A model generated the notes under the pieces. It was not told the origin of the DNA and searched no databases. It saw only the letters and a list, made by a program, of their open reading frames with translations. The translations under genes and the position numbers were made by a program. A DNA stretch of 64,000 nt. Origin: a virus. Of this stretch, positions 27,751 to 37,655 are shown piece by piece. Every line of letters starts with the position of its first letter. Positions within the stretch are counted from its first letter, which is position 1. The stretch covers positions 1 through 64,000 of the IMG/VR virus record IMGVR_UViG_3300021138_000007; one strand, 5' to 3'.

Positions 27751-28493
27751 AGTTTTGTTAAAATTACTGGATCACCATTACTTATAATAAATGTATGTTC
27801 AAATTGTGCTCCATAATGCCCTTCTGATAAAGAATATTCCCATTTGCTATTAACTATTTGAGCAACAGCAGGGCCTGTTGTTATAAAAGGTTCCAACGCA
27901 ACAACAGTGCCTACACTTAATCTTCTTGTGTCCGTTGTATATAAATTCGGAACATGAAGAGGCTCTTCATGTAATTTTCTTCCCACACCATGCCCACAAA
28001 GATTTAACAACAATTTAAATTTTGTATTTTTAATCGCATCTTCATACGCATTTGCGATTTCTTGAATCATGACATCTGGCTTTTTAAGTACCTTAGCAGC
28101 ATTATCAAGTGCTTTCTCAGTAACGCGCAATAATTCTTTTAGTTTAGGATCATCAGAATCAATTAAAATACTGGCTCCATTATCGGCAAAATATCCATCT
28201 TTTTCTACAGATACATCTATATTTATTAAGTCACCAGATTTAATTTGATAATTAGAAGGTATACCATGCGCGATTACATTATTGACGCTAATACAAGTTG
28301 CCCCTGGAAAATTATAATATGTTTCTGGTGCAGAATTGGCTCCATGTTCTAGCATAATTTTACGGGCAATGTTATCTAATTGCTTAGTCGTAATACCAGG
28401 GACAGCAGCTTTCTTCATTTCATCAAGACATATCGCTGCAATTTTACCTGCTTTTTTAAGGCCATTTATTTCTTCTACTGAATGTACTATCAT
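27747..28493 (-). CDS. map: Methionine aminopeptidase type I
   Basis: CISVNNVIAHGIP, DVSVEKDGYFAD, GHGVGRKLHEEP, LEPF, AQFEHT metal ligands. Confidence 0.96.
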   Translation of the reverse strand: MIVHSVEEINGLKKAGKIAAICLDEMKKAAVPGITTKQLDNIARKIMLEHGANSAPETYYNFPGATCISVNNVIAHGIPSNYQIKSGDLINIDVSVEKDGYFADNGASILIDSDDPKLKELLRVTEKALDNAAKVLKKPDVMIQEIANAYEDAIKNTKFKLLLNLCGHGVGRKLHEEPLHVPNLYTTDTRRLSVGTVVALEPFITTGPAVAQIVNSKWEYSLSEGHYGAQFEHTFIISNGDPVILTKL

Positions 28494-28496
28494 AAA

Positions 28497-29732
28497 TTAT
28501 ACTGGCTGTAAACCATATGAAGTGCTAGTCATATCAGGGTGCCGATAAGGATTAGCAGTTTGATTATTTCTTTCTTCATCTTGATCTTCATAGCTTAAAG
28601 GCCAACCTCTAAATGGATTTTTATCTGTCGGAAGTGAATTTGGTGTTTTAGGTTTATTAAGAGAGTCCATTTTTTGTTCTAAAGAAAGAAAAGGACTATC
28701 TTCATCGGATAAATTTTGTAAAGTTTCATTAATATTTATTTGAGAAGGTGTATCTATTTCTGTAGTAGGAGCTTGGTTATATCCATATTCATCAGGCCCT
28801 GGATGATCATACGCCATCGTTTCTTGATGAGCACCAGGATTATCATATGATGATGGGCCAAAAGCAATATTATTAAGATATTGATCCATTTCTGATCCTT
28901 TTGTCAAAACAGGTGTTTCTCCTAATTGTGGATTTTTATATCGTATATCTCGGATATTATATGGATCACTGCGTCTTGTCTCATCGTCGTCCTCAGATGG
29001 TGGATCAAAAATAGTATTTAATCCATGCTGAATATATGTATCAGCAAGGCGTAGTGTTAAATCAGCACAAGCTACAGGATGATATCTTTCAGGCTTAATT
29101 TGTGCAGGAACATCATCTTCTCTTGGATGCTTTTCGTTCTTGATTTTATGGCGAGTTTCAAGAAGTTTTTCCATAGTTACCATGTGTTCTGGTTTAGGAT
29201 GAAAATTCTCTTGAATATATTTCACAGAATTTTTATCCATAGAATCAGCAACTTGTTTATAAAGTTGTTCTCTTCTATGAACTTCTTTCATAATTTTCAA
29301 ACGTTTACGCTCTTTAGGGTCCAAATTATAAGGTATCTCATTATCTTCATCATATTGATGTTGAGGTTCTAACATTTTTTCCATATTACGATTAGGGTCA
29401 AATTGAAAATTCTTTCTACTAGGACCAAAATGACCATCTAACCCAATATCTGGGAATAAATTATTAACATTCATTCCCTTGGAATTTTTATTATATCCAG
29501 CAGTACCAGCACCAGGACCCCATGTATGGGTCATTTGACCAATGCCACCGTAATATGAAATTCTTACATTAGTATTTTTAGAAGAAGCCTCATTACGTTT
29601 AAGAACATTAATGTCCCATTGTGCCCCACAAGCATCACACTCATAATATTTGTCATCATTAAGATGACAAATATTATGACATTCTTTACAAGTGATTGTT
29701 TCTGGATATTCTTTAATGAATTCTTCTGACAT
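28497..29732 (-). CDS. Hypothetical protein with N-terminal zinc ribbon and ExxL motifs
   Basis: CKEC...CDACG; NMEKML, TMEKLL, SLEQKM; own promoter. Confidence 0.6.
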   Translation of the reverse strand: MSEEFIKEYPETITCKECHNICHLNDDKYYECDACGAQWDINVLKRNEASSKNTNVRISYYGGIGQMTHTWGPGAGTAGYNKNSKGMNVNNLFPDIGLDGHFGPSRKNFQFDPNRNMEKMLEPQHQYDEDNEIPYNLDPKERKRLKIMKEVHRREQLYKQVADSMDKNSVKYIQENFHPKPEHMVTMEKLLETRHKIKNEKHPREDDVPAQIKPERYHPVACADLTLRLADTYIQHGLNTIFDPPSEDDDETRRSDPYNIRDIRYKNPQLGETPVLTKGSEMDQYLNNIAFGPSSYDNPGAHQETMAYDHPGPDEYGYNQAPTTEIDTPSQININETLQNLSDEDSPFLSLEQKMDSLNKPKTPNSLPTDKNPFRGWPLSYEDQDEERNNQTANPYRHPDMTSTSYGLQPV

Positions 29733-29752
29733 ATTATGCTCCTAATTACATA

Positions 29753-29777
29753 TACGATTGTTAAGAATCATTTACCT
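29753..29777 (-). promoter_or_regulatory. Phage promoter AGGT-N17-CGTA
   Basis: TAAAGGT aaatgattcttaacaat CGTA. Confidence 0.65.
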
Positions 29778-32700
29778 TTACCTTCTTCGAAATGGTATAT
29801 AAACTGCCTTAGTTTTTGGCAATCTACTAAACATTTTTTCATTTAAAGCCTCATAAGATGCAGCAGCAATTGCATCACAAATATCATCATGATATCCAGT
29901 TAAAGCTTCAATTTTATATCTTTTACCATTCCATTTCTTTTGTAAATATGTAAATTGTTTTTTGGCTTCATCCACTTCTCTTACATAAATGGTTTTATCT
30001 AATCTGGGATCATATATTTCAGTGTTAATATTATAAAAATCTATTCGTTGATCAACAAAAAGCATTTTTAATACAGAATAAATGTTTTCATTATATTCTT
30101 TGTTAAATTCTTTAATTTCAACTCGAATACCAGCATTTTGTAAACGAACGACTGATTCTTTAGATCGCCATTGATCGATTGTGATTTTGTCAAAGAAAAA
30201 TTTTCTATGTAATTGAATAACATAATCTTCAATTTCCTTGGTGTTGATAGGTTGGTTTTTACTTACTGGTTCCCAGTACATAATATGATCTACAACTACT
30301 TTTCTTTCGTTTTGAACATTTGTTGGTTCTGTATGAACAACTGCCAATGCATAATAATCACTTGTTTCTGCTGGATCAAGATGGCAAAAATATTTATGTA
30401 TGCCAGCTTTGCCTTCAGTACGTTTTCTATATCCATTATTAAATGCCATTCGTATTTGATCATCTGTTAAAAATGGATCAGAAGTAGCTGCACCAAATTC
30501 AGCACCAAATTGCATTGGATAACTTTGAGGGTCTTGTCTTTTTTGATCCTCAAGCCAATCTAAATCGATATTTGGGTTAGTGAGCCATGTAGGAAGCCTA
30601 AAAACAAGTGTTGTTGGATCAGATAATCTAGTCTCATATAACTCATATAATAATCCTAATGGTCCTTTGGGGTTGGATAGTAACATCATTTTACCATCTT
30701 CTCCAAAAGTTGCCAAAGATGGTTTTAAATCTTCATAAAGTTTATAGTCTACGCCAGAAGCTGGATTATCGCCAGCCATAGCTGCCACCTCATCCATAAT
30801 AATAGCCCAGCAAGTGTTACCCACCAATCCAGCAGCATTCGAGTGTCCACATTTAAGAATTAATGATCCAGCAAATTTATTTAAACCTTTCTTTTCGCGT
30901 CTTTCATTTTCTGCCAAATCATTATCAGTCAAGAAACGCATTTCCAATTCTGTATCTTTTCCAATATAAGGTTGGAAAAAAGGAGAAGCAAGAACTGTTT
31001 GTTTAATTTTTGAGAAAATTGCTTTTCTTGCCTGTTCTTCACTTACCGCTACATTAATAATCGAAATTTCATCAAAATCCATCAATCCATATCGAGCCTG
31101 GGGATGTTTCATCATTAATAAACGATACATTTCATATAATGCAATTACCGCAACCATGAACGAATTATGTGTTGGAATAAGTGAACGACCAGCTAAATAC
31201 ATATGGGATTCATTGTCAACTTGAATGCACCGAACTGGAACTGAATCAACTGGTTCAATATTGGTAATAAAAAGTCTAGTTGGATCAGATTTTGAAGCAC
31301 TCTTGGTTAAATCAGATTTGTGTTTAAGACTAAAGATTTGCAAACCCTTTGGCGGCGTGAAACACATTCTAAATCTTCTGCCAACTACAACACCATTAAT
31401 AACAGTATCAAACTCTTTTAGTGAAGTTTTCATCCCAAGGGAATAAATGAGTTTAAATACATCTTCTGCAAGTTTTCGATTACAAACGCAAAATTCGACT
31501 CTTCCATTTTTAAGCGTAGCGCAGTCGGTATCCATTAAACCTTTAAATAATTCAAGTCTTTGCTCAAAGGACGCATTGTAATAAATTTCAGGAATATGTT
31601 TATTATTTAATAAATCAATTTCATCCAGCAATTCTTTAAAAGATAATTTTTCTGATGTTCTACCCATACAATAATCATCGTGGCATTTTTGTTTATAAGA
31701 ATTAAAATCCTTAACTTCTACTTCTGCAATATGATTACTTATTGTCGCATCATGACTGGTAATACATCCAAGCGAAGCAGTATTATCACCAAGCCATGCG
31801 CCCAACATGTAAGGATCAATGGGTAAATTTGAAGTGGGATTAATTAATGGTTGCGACAATTTAATAGCATGATTATTTTCGATTTTACCATCTGATCGTT
31901 TATAATGCAATGTATTATATAATTCTAAAGTCGTTTTTGTTTTTGGCATTATATTTTTGCCTCGACCAATAGCTTTTCTATCAAGTTTAGTTTCTGTTAT
32001 CCATTCATGAAGCTCATCTGCAATAATAGTCTCTTGATTAGAAAATGTTACTTTATAACAAGGTCTGTTATATTGAAACTCAGTGACTCCAGTGATTTTT
32101 GTAGGAAGACCATCAGGTCCATAAACATAATCACCTACATTCAATTTTGCCATTGTGCTCCAACCATTTGTTGTCAACATAGGAGTATTAATATCAAGAG
32201 CTTTTCCAGAACGTCTTCCGAGTATTAAAAGCAATTCTTGAAATTTACATCCTTGTGAATTTTTATCTTCAACTTGTTTTCTTAATTCTTGGTCAAATTC
32301 TAAATCATATAAAAGATCACGTTCAGTTGTGTAATTATCAAACAATTCTCTTTCCATTAATTTTTTAACAGTAGAGAGCTTTTTTTCACTTGATGCTTTA
32401 TCAAGTTCATGTGCATATCGACTTTCTCTTACTTCATCAGGTAAGCGATTACAAGCCAAACAAGGTGCATTTCTAACAGCAAAAATTGAGTTTAAATTCT
32501 TTCCATCTTTTCTTGCTTTCCAAGTGGCAACTTCATTATCTTTTACATAACTCCAAACACAACCATCACATCCCGCATTAATTCTTTCTTCAGCAGGAAC
32601 ATCTTCAATTTCAAGATGCTGATTGCCTTCTGAACCCATATAAAAACATTTTAAAATCAAACGTTGCCAAGGATAAGGTGTTAATTTACAGAAATATGGA

Positions 32701-32930
32701 TGCTCTAAAAAAGTAACAATATCCACTATTTGATCTGGATTAAATCTTGTTTTTTCTGGAGTATTTGGCGGAGCCACTTCAGAACGAGGGATGGGTAGTA
32801 TTTCATAATCAAACCCATCCGTGTCTTCATATTGTTGAGAAAATGTTTCATCTAATGCAGCAAGTTGTCTGATTAAATCTTCATTTTTATTATCTTGTCT
32901 GCGTTGTGATGTTGAATTTTTACGTGCCAT
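29778..32930 (-). CDS. terL: Terminase large subunit with intein
   Basis: PYPWQ Q-motif; Walker A GRRSGK|S interrupted by intein; Walker B IIMDEVA; LSNP; nuclease HLDPA, TIDQW, HDDICDA. Confidence 0.92.
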   Translation of the reverse strand: MARKNSTSQRRQDNKNEDLIRQLAALDETFSQQYEDTDGFDYEILPIPRSEVAPPNTPEKTRFNPDQIVDIVTFLEHPYFCKLTPYPWQRLILKCFYMGSEGNQHLEIEDVPAEERINAGCDGCVWSYVKDNEVATWKARKDGKNLNSIFAVRNAPCLACNRLPDEVRESRYAHELDKASSEKKLSTVKKLMERELFDNYTTERDLLYDLEFDQELRKQVEDKNSQGCKFQELLLILGRRSGKALDINTPMLTTNGWSTMAKLNVGDYVYGPDGLPTKITGVTEFQYNRPCYKVTFSNQETIIADELHEWITETKLDRKAIGRGKNIMPKTKTTLELYNTLHYKRSDGKIENNHAIKLSQPLINPTSNLPIDPYMLGAWLGDNTASLGCITSHDATISNHIAEVEVKDFNSYKQKCHDDYCMGRTSEKLSFKELLDEIDLLNNKHIPEIYYNASFEQRLELFKGLMDTDCATLKNGRVEFCVCNRKLAEDVFKLIYSLGMKTSLKEFDTVINGVVVGRRFRMCFTPPKGLQIFSLKHKSDLTKSASKSDPTRLFITNIEPVDSVPVRCIQVDNESHMYLAGRSLIPTHNSFMVAVIALYEMYRLLMMKHPQARYGLMDFDEISIINVAVSEEQARKAIFSKIKQTVLASPFFQPYIGKDTELEMRFLTDNDLAENERREKKGLNKFAGSLILKCGHSNAAGLVGNTCWAIIMDEVAAMAGDNPASGVDYKLYEDLKPSLATFGEDGKMMLLSNPKGPLGLLYELYETRLSDPTTLVFRLPTWLTNPNIDLDWLEDQKRQDPQSYPMQFGAEFGAATSDPFLTDDQIRMAFNNGYRKRTEGKAGIHKYFCHLDPAETSDYYALAVVHTEPTNVQNERKVVVDHIMYWEPVSKNQPINTKEIEDYVIQLHRKFFFDKITIDQWRSKESVVRLQNAGIRVEIKEFNKEYNENIYSVLKMLFVDQRIDFYNINTEIYDPRLDKTIYVREVDEAKKQFTYLQKKWNGKRYKIEALTGYHDDICDAIAAASYEALNEKMFSRLPKTKAVYIPFRRR
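31164..32201 (-). mobile_element. Class 3 (Ala1, WCT-triplet) intein of 346 aa in terminase Walker A, with endonuclease domain
   Basis: GK|ALDINTP ... ADELHEW ... VRCIQVD ... PTHN|SF; endonuclease-like YMLGAWLGD and LFKGLMDTD. Confidence 0.9.
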
Positions 32931-32932
32931 TT

Positions 32933-33688
32933 TTAAATATTGCTAGATAATCTATCTCGCAACTCCTTAACTTTATTTACGATAACCTTTTTATCAGATT
33001 CGTATATCATATTATCATGAATGTCCATCAAAACTTCAAATATATTGAATTTACTTGCATCATTTAATGCTGCATCTCTTTTTTCTTTAAGATCAAGCAT
33101 ACGAGAAATAAGTCTTTCAATCATGGAAGAACGTTTGATTTTTAATTCAGGATTTTTAGTACAATCAATTGCTCGAATGTCATCAATTTCAACCAATAAA
33201 GCAATCATTGCTAATTCGTGTTCTCTGAAAAGCCATTTTTCAATATCTTTAGTGCGTTTATCATAAGCATCAATGCCTTTCATTGATATTTTTGTAAAAT
33301 TACAATGCTGTTCCATATGGGTTTGCACTTGCACCCAATTTAATTTAGCATTAAAATATTTTGCAAAAAAGTTAACAACTCTTTGTGGTTTTCTACCTTC
33401 ATCCAAATAAACATGTTCTGCTAATGTTCGATAAGGAGAAGTACATATTGAACATCTTGGTTCATGAAATTTTGGATAATCTTGATCCGCAAAATCATCA
33501 GGCGGAAGTGGTATTACTGGATTATCATCAATTGTTAATGATCTAAAAGGGCGCAAATTAACCAATTCTTCATCAGGTATATCTAAATTCGATAATTCTG
33601 GTTTTTCATATACAACAATTGTTTCTACAATATCAGCTTCCGCATTGATATTTAATATTTCTTCATTTTTATTCAAAGGTTCCTCCAT
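32933..33688 (-). CDS. Probable terminase small subunit
   Basis: Immediately upstream of TerL; CSIC...HMEQH zinc/HTH-like N-domain and helical C-terminus; assignment by synteny. Confidence 0.5.
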   Translation of the reverse strand: MEEPLNKNEEILNINAEADIVETIVVYEKPELSNLDIPDEELVNLRPFRSLTIDDNPVIPLPPDDFADQDYPKFHEPRCSICTSPYRTLAEHVYLDEGRKPQRVVNFFAKYFNAKLNWVQVQTHMEQHCNFTKISMKGIDAYDKRTKDIEKWLFREHELAMIALLVEIDDIRAIDCTKNPELKIKRSSMIERLISRMLDLKEKRDAALNDASKFNIFEVLMDIHDNMIYESDKKVIVNKVKELRDRLSSNI

Positions 33689-33786
33689 GTATAAATATTT
33701 ATACTTAAGTCTAACTTATACAAACAAAAATACCTTGCTTTTCAGAATAGAAAAAACTACTCAAAAAACAAGGTATTTTAGAAGAA

Positions 33787-34581
33787 TTAACCAACAATTG
33801 CGCGAGTTAATCGTGCGTGTGGAGAAACTGTATCAGCAACTTTTACGAGATATTCATCTGCTAAACCGAACTGTGCAAAATTTCCTTTTTGGAATCTTGA
33901 TCCAGAACTAGTGCCAGATTCTAAATCAACATCAATAACGCCTTTCGCAGTAGAAACTTTATATTGTCCTTCTGATTCGGCTTTAAAAATTCGAGCTTGG
34001 GTTTTTTCTGCAAGCAAAACACTATTAAGCATAGCTTCTTCAATCCAAGGTTTTAATTCACCATGAAGTGTTTCGAGTGCAAATTTATCCTCTTTTGCAG
34101 CTTTTACAAGTCTACTAAAAGAGTCCAGACCCTTACGAGATAAACGCATAATCGGCTGTTCTCCAGTGGTTAATAAATTAATAAACTCATTGGTTGCAGT
34201 TGATTTTAAAGTATCTTCAATAATAGGAGCAACATCATTGTACTTAGTGGGCACAACCATAGCAGTGCGCTGTGGTTTATATGATGTTTGGGCTGTGACA
34301 ACTTCATAAACGTCTTCGACAGCAGCTTTAGCAATAGCCATGCTATAACCATCAGCAATCATCATATCAATTGCTTCATTTTCGTTGAAATCACGGCTCT
34401 TTAATTGCTGTGCTACTTGCGCAGCAACAATTCGCTCACCCTGGTCGTTTTTACGCAAACTGTTGCGCCAATTGTAAATCATGTCATCTGTTTGAGTAGA
34501 TTCAGAATAAGTCGTTCCAAGCACTGTTGTACTCTCCTTGGTATAAACCGTTTTTGTCTCTTTTACACGGCAAAATTTCAT
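33787..34581 (-). CDS. Hypothetical protein
   Basis: 264-aa ORF with several xxA[QS] sites; no family recognised. Confidence 0.55.
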   Translation of the reverse strand: MKFCRVKETKTVYTKESTTVLGTTYSESTQTDDMIYNWRNSLRKNDQGERIVAAQVAQQLKSRDFNENEAIDMMIADGYSMAIAKAAVEDVYEVVTAQTSYKPQRTAMVVPTKYNDVAPIIEDTLKSTATNEFINLLTTGEQPIMRLSRKGLDSFSRLVKAAKEDKFALETLHGELKPWIEEAMLNSVLLAEKTQARIFKAESEGQYKVSTAKGVIDVDLESGTSSGSRFQKGNFAQFGLADEYLVKVADTVSPHARLTRAIVG

Positions 34582-34633
34582 GCAGTAAAAGGGTATATAT
34601 AATATATTAGATATTTATAAAGGAATATTCCTT

Positions 34634-35230
34634 TTATATGATAAAATCTTCAGAAATTAATTCTTTTATTTTATGAATAGCTCTTTGAAGCCTTTTACAA
34701 AATGAAGCCTGTGTAATATTTAATTTAGCAGCAGCTTCGACTTGAGTATAATTCTGAAAAAAATACAAATCAATCGCCTCTTTTTGTCTAGGATTCATTT
34801 TATTAAGGGCATTATTGATCAATTCTGTATATTTGATTTTATTGAATGGATCACCATCATCTGTGGGTTGCCATGATTCAGGCATTTCGCTAAATGTAAT
34901 TTCTTCTATACCATTGCCAGAAGTATTTTGGCCCAAAAATTGTTTTCTGCATCTTGATAAAATGATATAATCAATTCGAGTGGAAAGAAAATAACTAAAA
35001 TATGATAATTCTGGGTCATATTGCATAGCAATTTGATGTAAAGCTAAAATAGATTCTTGTTCTACATCTTCTTTATACTTGATCAACTTTGAATCTTTGC
35101 TTAAACATCGAGAAACAGACGCTTTTAAAAGCGGATCATAAAATTCACATAATTCAGATAAAGCTTCTGAATCATCCAACTTAACTTTATTTACAAGTTC
35201 ATTTATATAAAAATAATGACTTTCTAACAA
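34634..35230 (-). CDS. Sigma-70 family RNA polymerase sigma factor
   Basis: Region 2 EDVEQESILAL..YDP..YFSYFL; region 4 LNKMNPRQKEAIDLYFFQNYTQVEAAAKLNITQASF. Confidence 0.85.
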   Translation of the reverse strand: MLESHYFYINELVNKVKLDDSEALSELCEFYDPLLKASVSRCLSKDSKLIKYKEDVEQESILALHQIAMQYDPELSYFSYFLSTRIDYIILSRCRKQFLGQNTSGNGIEEITFSEMPESWQPTDDGDPFNKIKYTELINNALNKMNPRQKEAIDLYFFQNYTQVEAAAKLNITQASFCKRLQRAIHKIKELISEDFII

Positions 35231-35251
35231 ATTAATACCCTCAAAATATTA

Positions 35252-35276
35252 TACTGTTAAAAAGTCATTATTGCCT
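35252..35276 (-). promoter_or_regulatory. Phage promoter AGGC-N17-AGTA upstream of a sigma gene
   Basis: TGCAGGC aataatgactttttaac AGTA(TAAT). Confidence 0.6.
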
Positions 35277-35307
35277 GCAATGATCACATTTTTAATGATT
35301 GTTTAAC

Positions 35308-36441
35308 TTACACAATCATTGGTTTTAGAGGTTGTAAGTAAATTTTAGCACTAGATAGAGCTAAAGCTAAATATGGATAAACGATTTCCGTTGATATACC
35401 ATTTCTTAAATCCATTAATGCATTAAGAACGGCTTGATATTGCCCTGTCAATTTATTTATATTTGTTTCATTACAACTTTCTATTGCTTTAATTACTCTA
35501 TATGTATTTACAATATTAACTTTGGGCAAGTTTTCTAAAGGAATAGGTTCCCAATTATTATCAAGATATTTCCCATATGTATTTGCTTCTGATAATTTAT
35601 CCACAATATCATTTGGATTTGATATGCCACAGTCCAAATGCGTTTTAACATCAATCAAAAATTCAATTTGTGACAACAAAAGCCATAAAGAACTTTCTGA
35701 AGATTTTTCATATAACATGGAATGCAAAAATCGATAAATGCTAGAGCTATTACCAGAATTACACGTAGATATAAAAGACCAAACATCTTTTGAATGATCA
35801 AATTTGCAAATATTTTTCACATAATCAACAGTAATTTTACTCTTTTCGTATTTACATAAACAAATTAATTTATCTAACTCGGATTCCAGAACATCTAAAT
35901 CGTAAATCTCTTGATCTTTTTTAGTTGAGCCAGACTTTATCTTTTGAATAGATGTAGGAGCATTATTCAAAAGATAAAGTAAAGCATCATTTTCTATAGT
36001 CACACCAACGCCAGATTGCCACTCCATTAAATGTGATTTAAGACCATTTCTATCGCCAGCAATAATAAATGGGCAATACATAATACGCTTGGCCTTATTT
36101 GCCGCAGTGGTGAAACCCATACGACCATCCAAAGAATCTCCAGGTGTGCTTATAACCAAAGCAGGAACTGTTAATAAATTATCATTGATAATTTCAGCAA
36201 TCACTTTTATTTGATTTGCTGAAGGATTGTTAATCCACACAGCGGGAATTTCCTCAAAAAAATTACTAGCCGTTAAATGTGTGCGTAAGTCAGAGCAAGA
36301 ATCATTTTTGTCTAACCTTACTTTTGATTTAGCGCCCGATTCTTGTATGATTGAATATGACAATAGCCTCACCATGCAGGGATCGCCTCCATAAATATGA
36401 ACGCGATCCCAACAGGTACTAATCTTCGTTTTCTTCGTCAT
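35308..36441 (-). CDS. holA: DNA polymerase III delta (HolA)-like clamp loader subunit
   Basis: VHIYGGD N-terminus; IENDALLYL; LESELDKL...ITVDYV; adjacent to dnaN and dnaX. Confidence 0.65.
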   Translation of the reverse strand: MTKKTKISTCWDRVHIYGGDPCMVRLLSYSIIQESGAKSKVRLDKNDSCSDLRTHLTASNFFEEIPAVWINNPSANQIKVIAEIINDNLLTVPALVISTPGDSLDGRMGFTTAANKAKRIMYCPFIIAGDRNGLKSHLMEWQSGVGVTIENDALLYLLNNAPTSIQKIKSGSTKKDQEIYDLDVLESELDKLICLCKYEKSKITVDYVKNICKFDHSKDVWSFISTCNSGNSSSIYRFLHSMLYEKSSESSLWLLLSQIEFLIDVKTHLDCGISNPNDIVDKLSEANTYGKYLDNNWEPIPLENLPKVNIVNTYRVIKAIESCNETNINKLTGQYQAVLNALMDLRNGISTEIVYPYLALALSSAKIYLQPLKPMIV

Positions 36442-37600
36442 CGGTCTCTTCTACGTTATCTTCTTCGTCTTCGTCGTCATTTTTAAGAACTCTAAACAAT
36501 AGATGTTCGTAATTATCTTGTTTAAGAACTAATCCCATAGTATCTGTGGAAATTTCAATAAATGAAAGAATTACCCAAGGTTCTGTGATTGATTCTAGAC
36601 CTTGATGTAAATATTTACACACAACACGAATTTCCGCCTTACCATCTTGCTCCTGAGTAGTTACAGATAATTGAGCCGCTCCGCGATCCTTTTCAAGAGC
36701 TGAAATTTTTAATCCTTTATCAGAAAGATTTAAAACAACAGAACTGTCTTTTGCCAGCATAGAAATCATTTTTACAGCACTTAACAAATCACCCTTGCTA
36801 ATTTTTGCACTAGCAACTTCTTTTTTGCTTAAAATTGCACTAAAAGAATTAAACGGTTTATTGATGCTGTTTTCTAAACTTGTTGTAAAAACAACGTCAT
36901 CCCACTCTAACCTGACATGTTTATTTGTTGATCTAACTAATACATCATCAACGTTCTCTAAAAGCTTAGATAAAATAATCGCAGTTTCTCGAGGTAATAA
37001 AAACTCCACAGGAGGATGATTAATATCATCAATCTCTATTTGATATGAAGATAAGCGAAAATGTTTATCGGTGGATTCGGCGCTCAAAGATTTGCCGTCT
37101 AACTTGAGTTTAACAGCAGTGTATGGAGTATCACTATTAATGACAGAAACACAAAATGCAGTGTGCTTTAAAGCCGCAGAAAGTGTTTTACCAGAAATGT
37201 TAAAAGAATTCGAAGGTTTAGTAAAGCTATAGGGTATAAAACTATCTATATCTCCTGTTGGTAATAGGAATTTGGATTTTTTGTCAAGTGATTGAATTAA
37301 AAATTCCGCAGTACCCGAATTATAGATAAATTCAATTTCTTCTTCTTTAAATGAATTAATAAGTTCTACAATAGCTTGTCCAGAAACAGTAAAACCTTCT
37401 TTCTCATCAGCTTCAAGATCATCACACGGAAGCGCGATTGTTTGTTCTGCTGTTGTACTTATGGAAGAAACATAAAGTTGTCCATTTTTTTCTTGAAAAA
37501 GAAAATCAGAATCTGCACTGTTTTTTGCTTTTGTATTACATGTTTGTAAAGCTTGTTTTAATGTCCACAATGCAACAGTACGTGTTAAAGTAAATTTCAT
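36419..37600 (-). CDS. dnaN: DNA polymerase III beta sliding clamp
   Basis: MKFTLTR start; ~370-aa three-domain pattern; ESTDKHFRLS equivalent to ATDGHRL. Confidence 0.85.
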   Translation of the reverse strand: MKFTLTRTVALWTLKQALQTCNTKAKNSADSDFLFQEKNGQLYVSSISTTAEQTIALPCDDLEADEKEGFTVSGQAIVELINSFKEEEIEFIYNSGTAEFLIQSLDKKSKFLLPTGDIDSFIPYSFTKPSNSFNISGKTLSAALKHTAFCVSVINSDTPYTAVKLKLDGKSLSAESTDKHFRLSSYQIEIDDINHPPVEFLLPRETAIILSKLLENVDDVLVRSTNKHVRLEWDDVVFTTSLENSINKPFNSFSAILSKKEVASAKISKGDLLSAVKMISMLAKDSSVVLNLSDKGLKISALEKDRGAAQLSVTTQEQDGKAEIRVVCKYLHQGLESITEPWVILSFIEISTDTMGLVLKQDNYEHLLFRVLKNDDEDEEDNVEETDDEENED

Positions 37601-37655
37601 ATTTTTTGTTCCTTAAAATAATGCATACTATATTATCGAACCTTTTTGACTAAAT

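Noticed and set aside
33689-34633. AGG-type promoters upstream of 32933..33688 and 33787..34581
   Set aside because: -35-like CAAGGT and AAAGGA are present, but the 4-mer at 17-nt spacing (TTAG, TCTA) does not fit, so they were not counted. The second site does resemble the 1275-1297 sequence and may be a variant.
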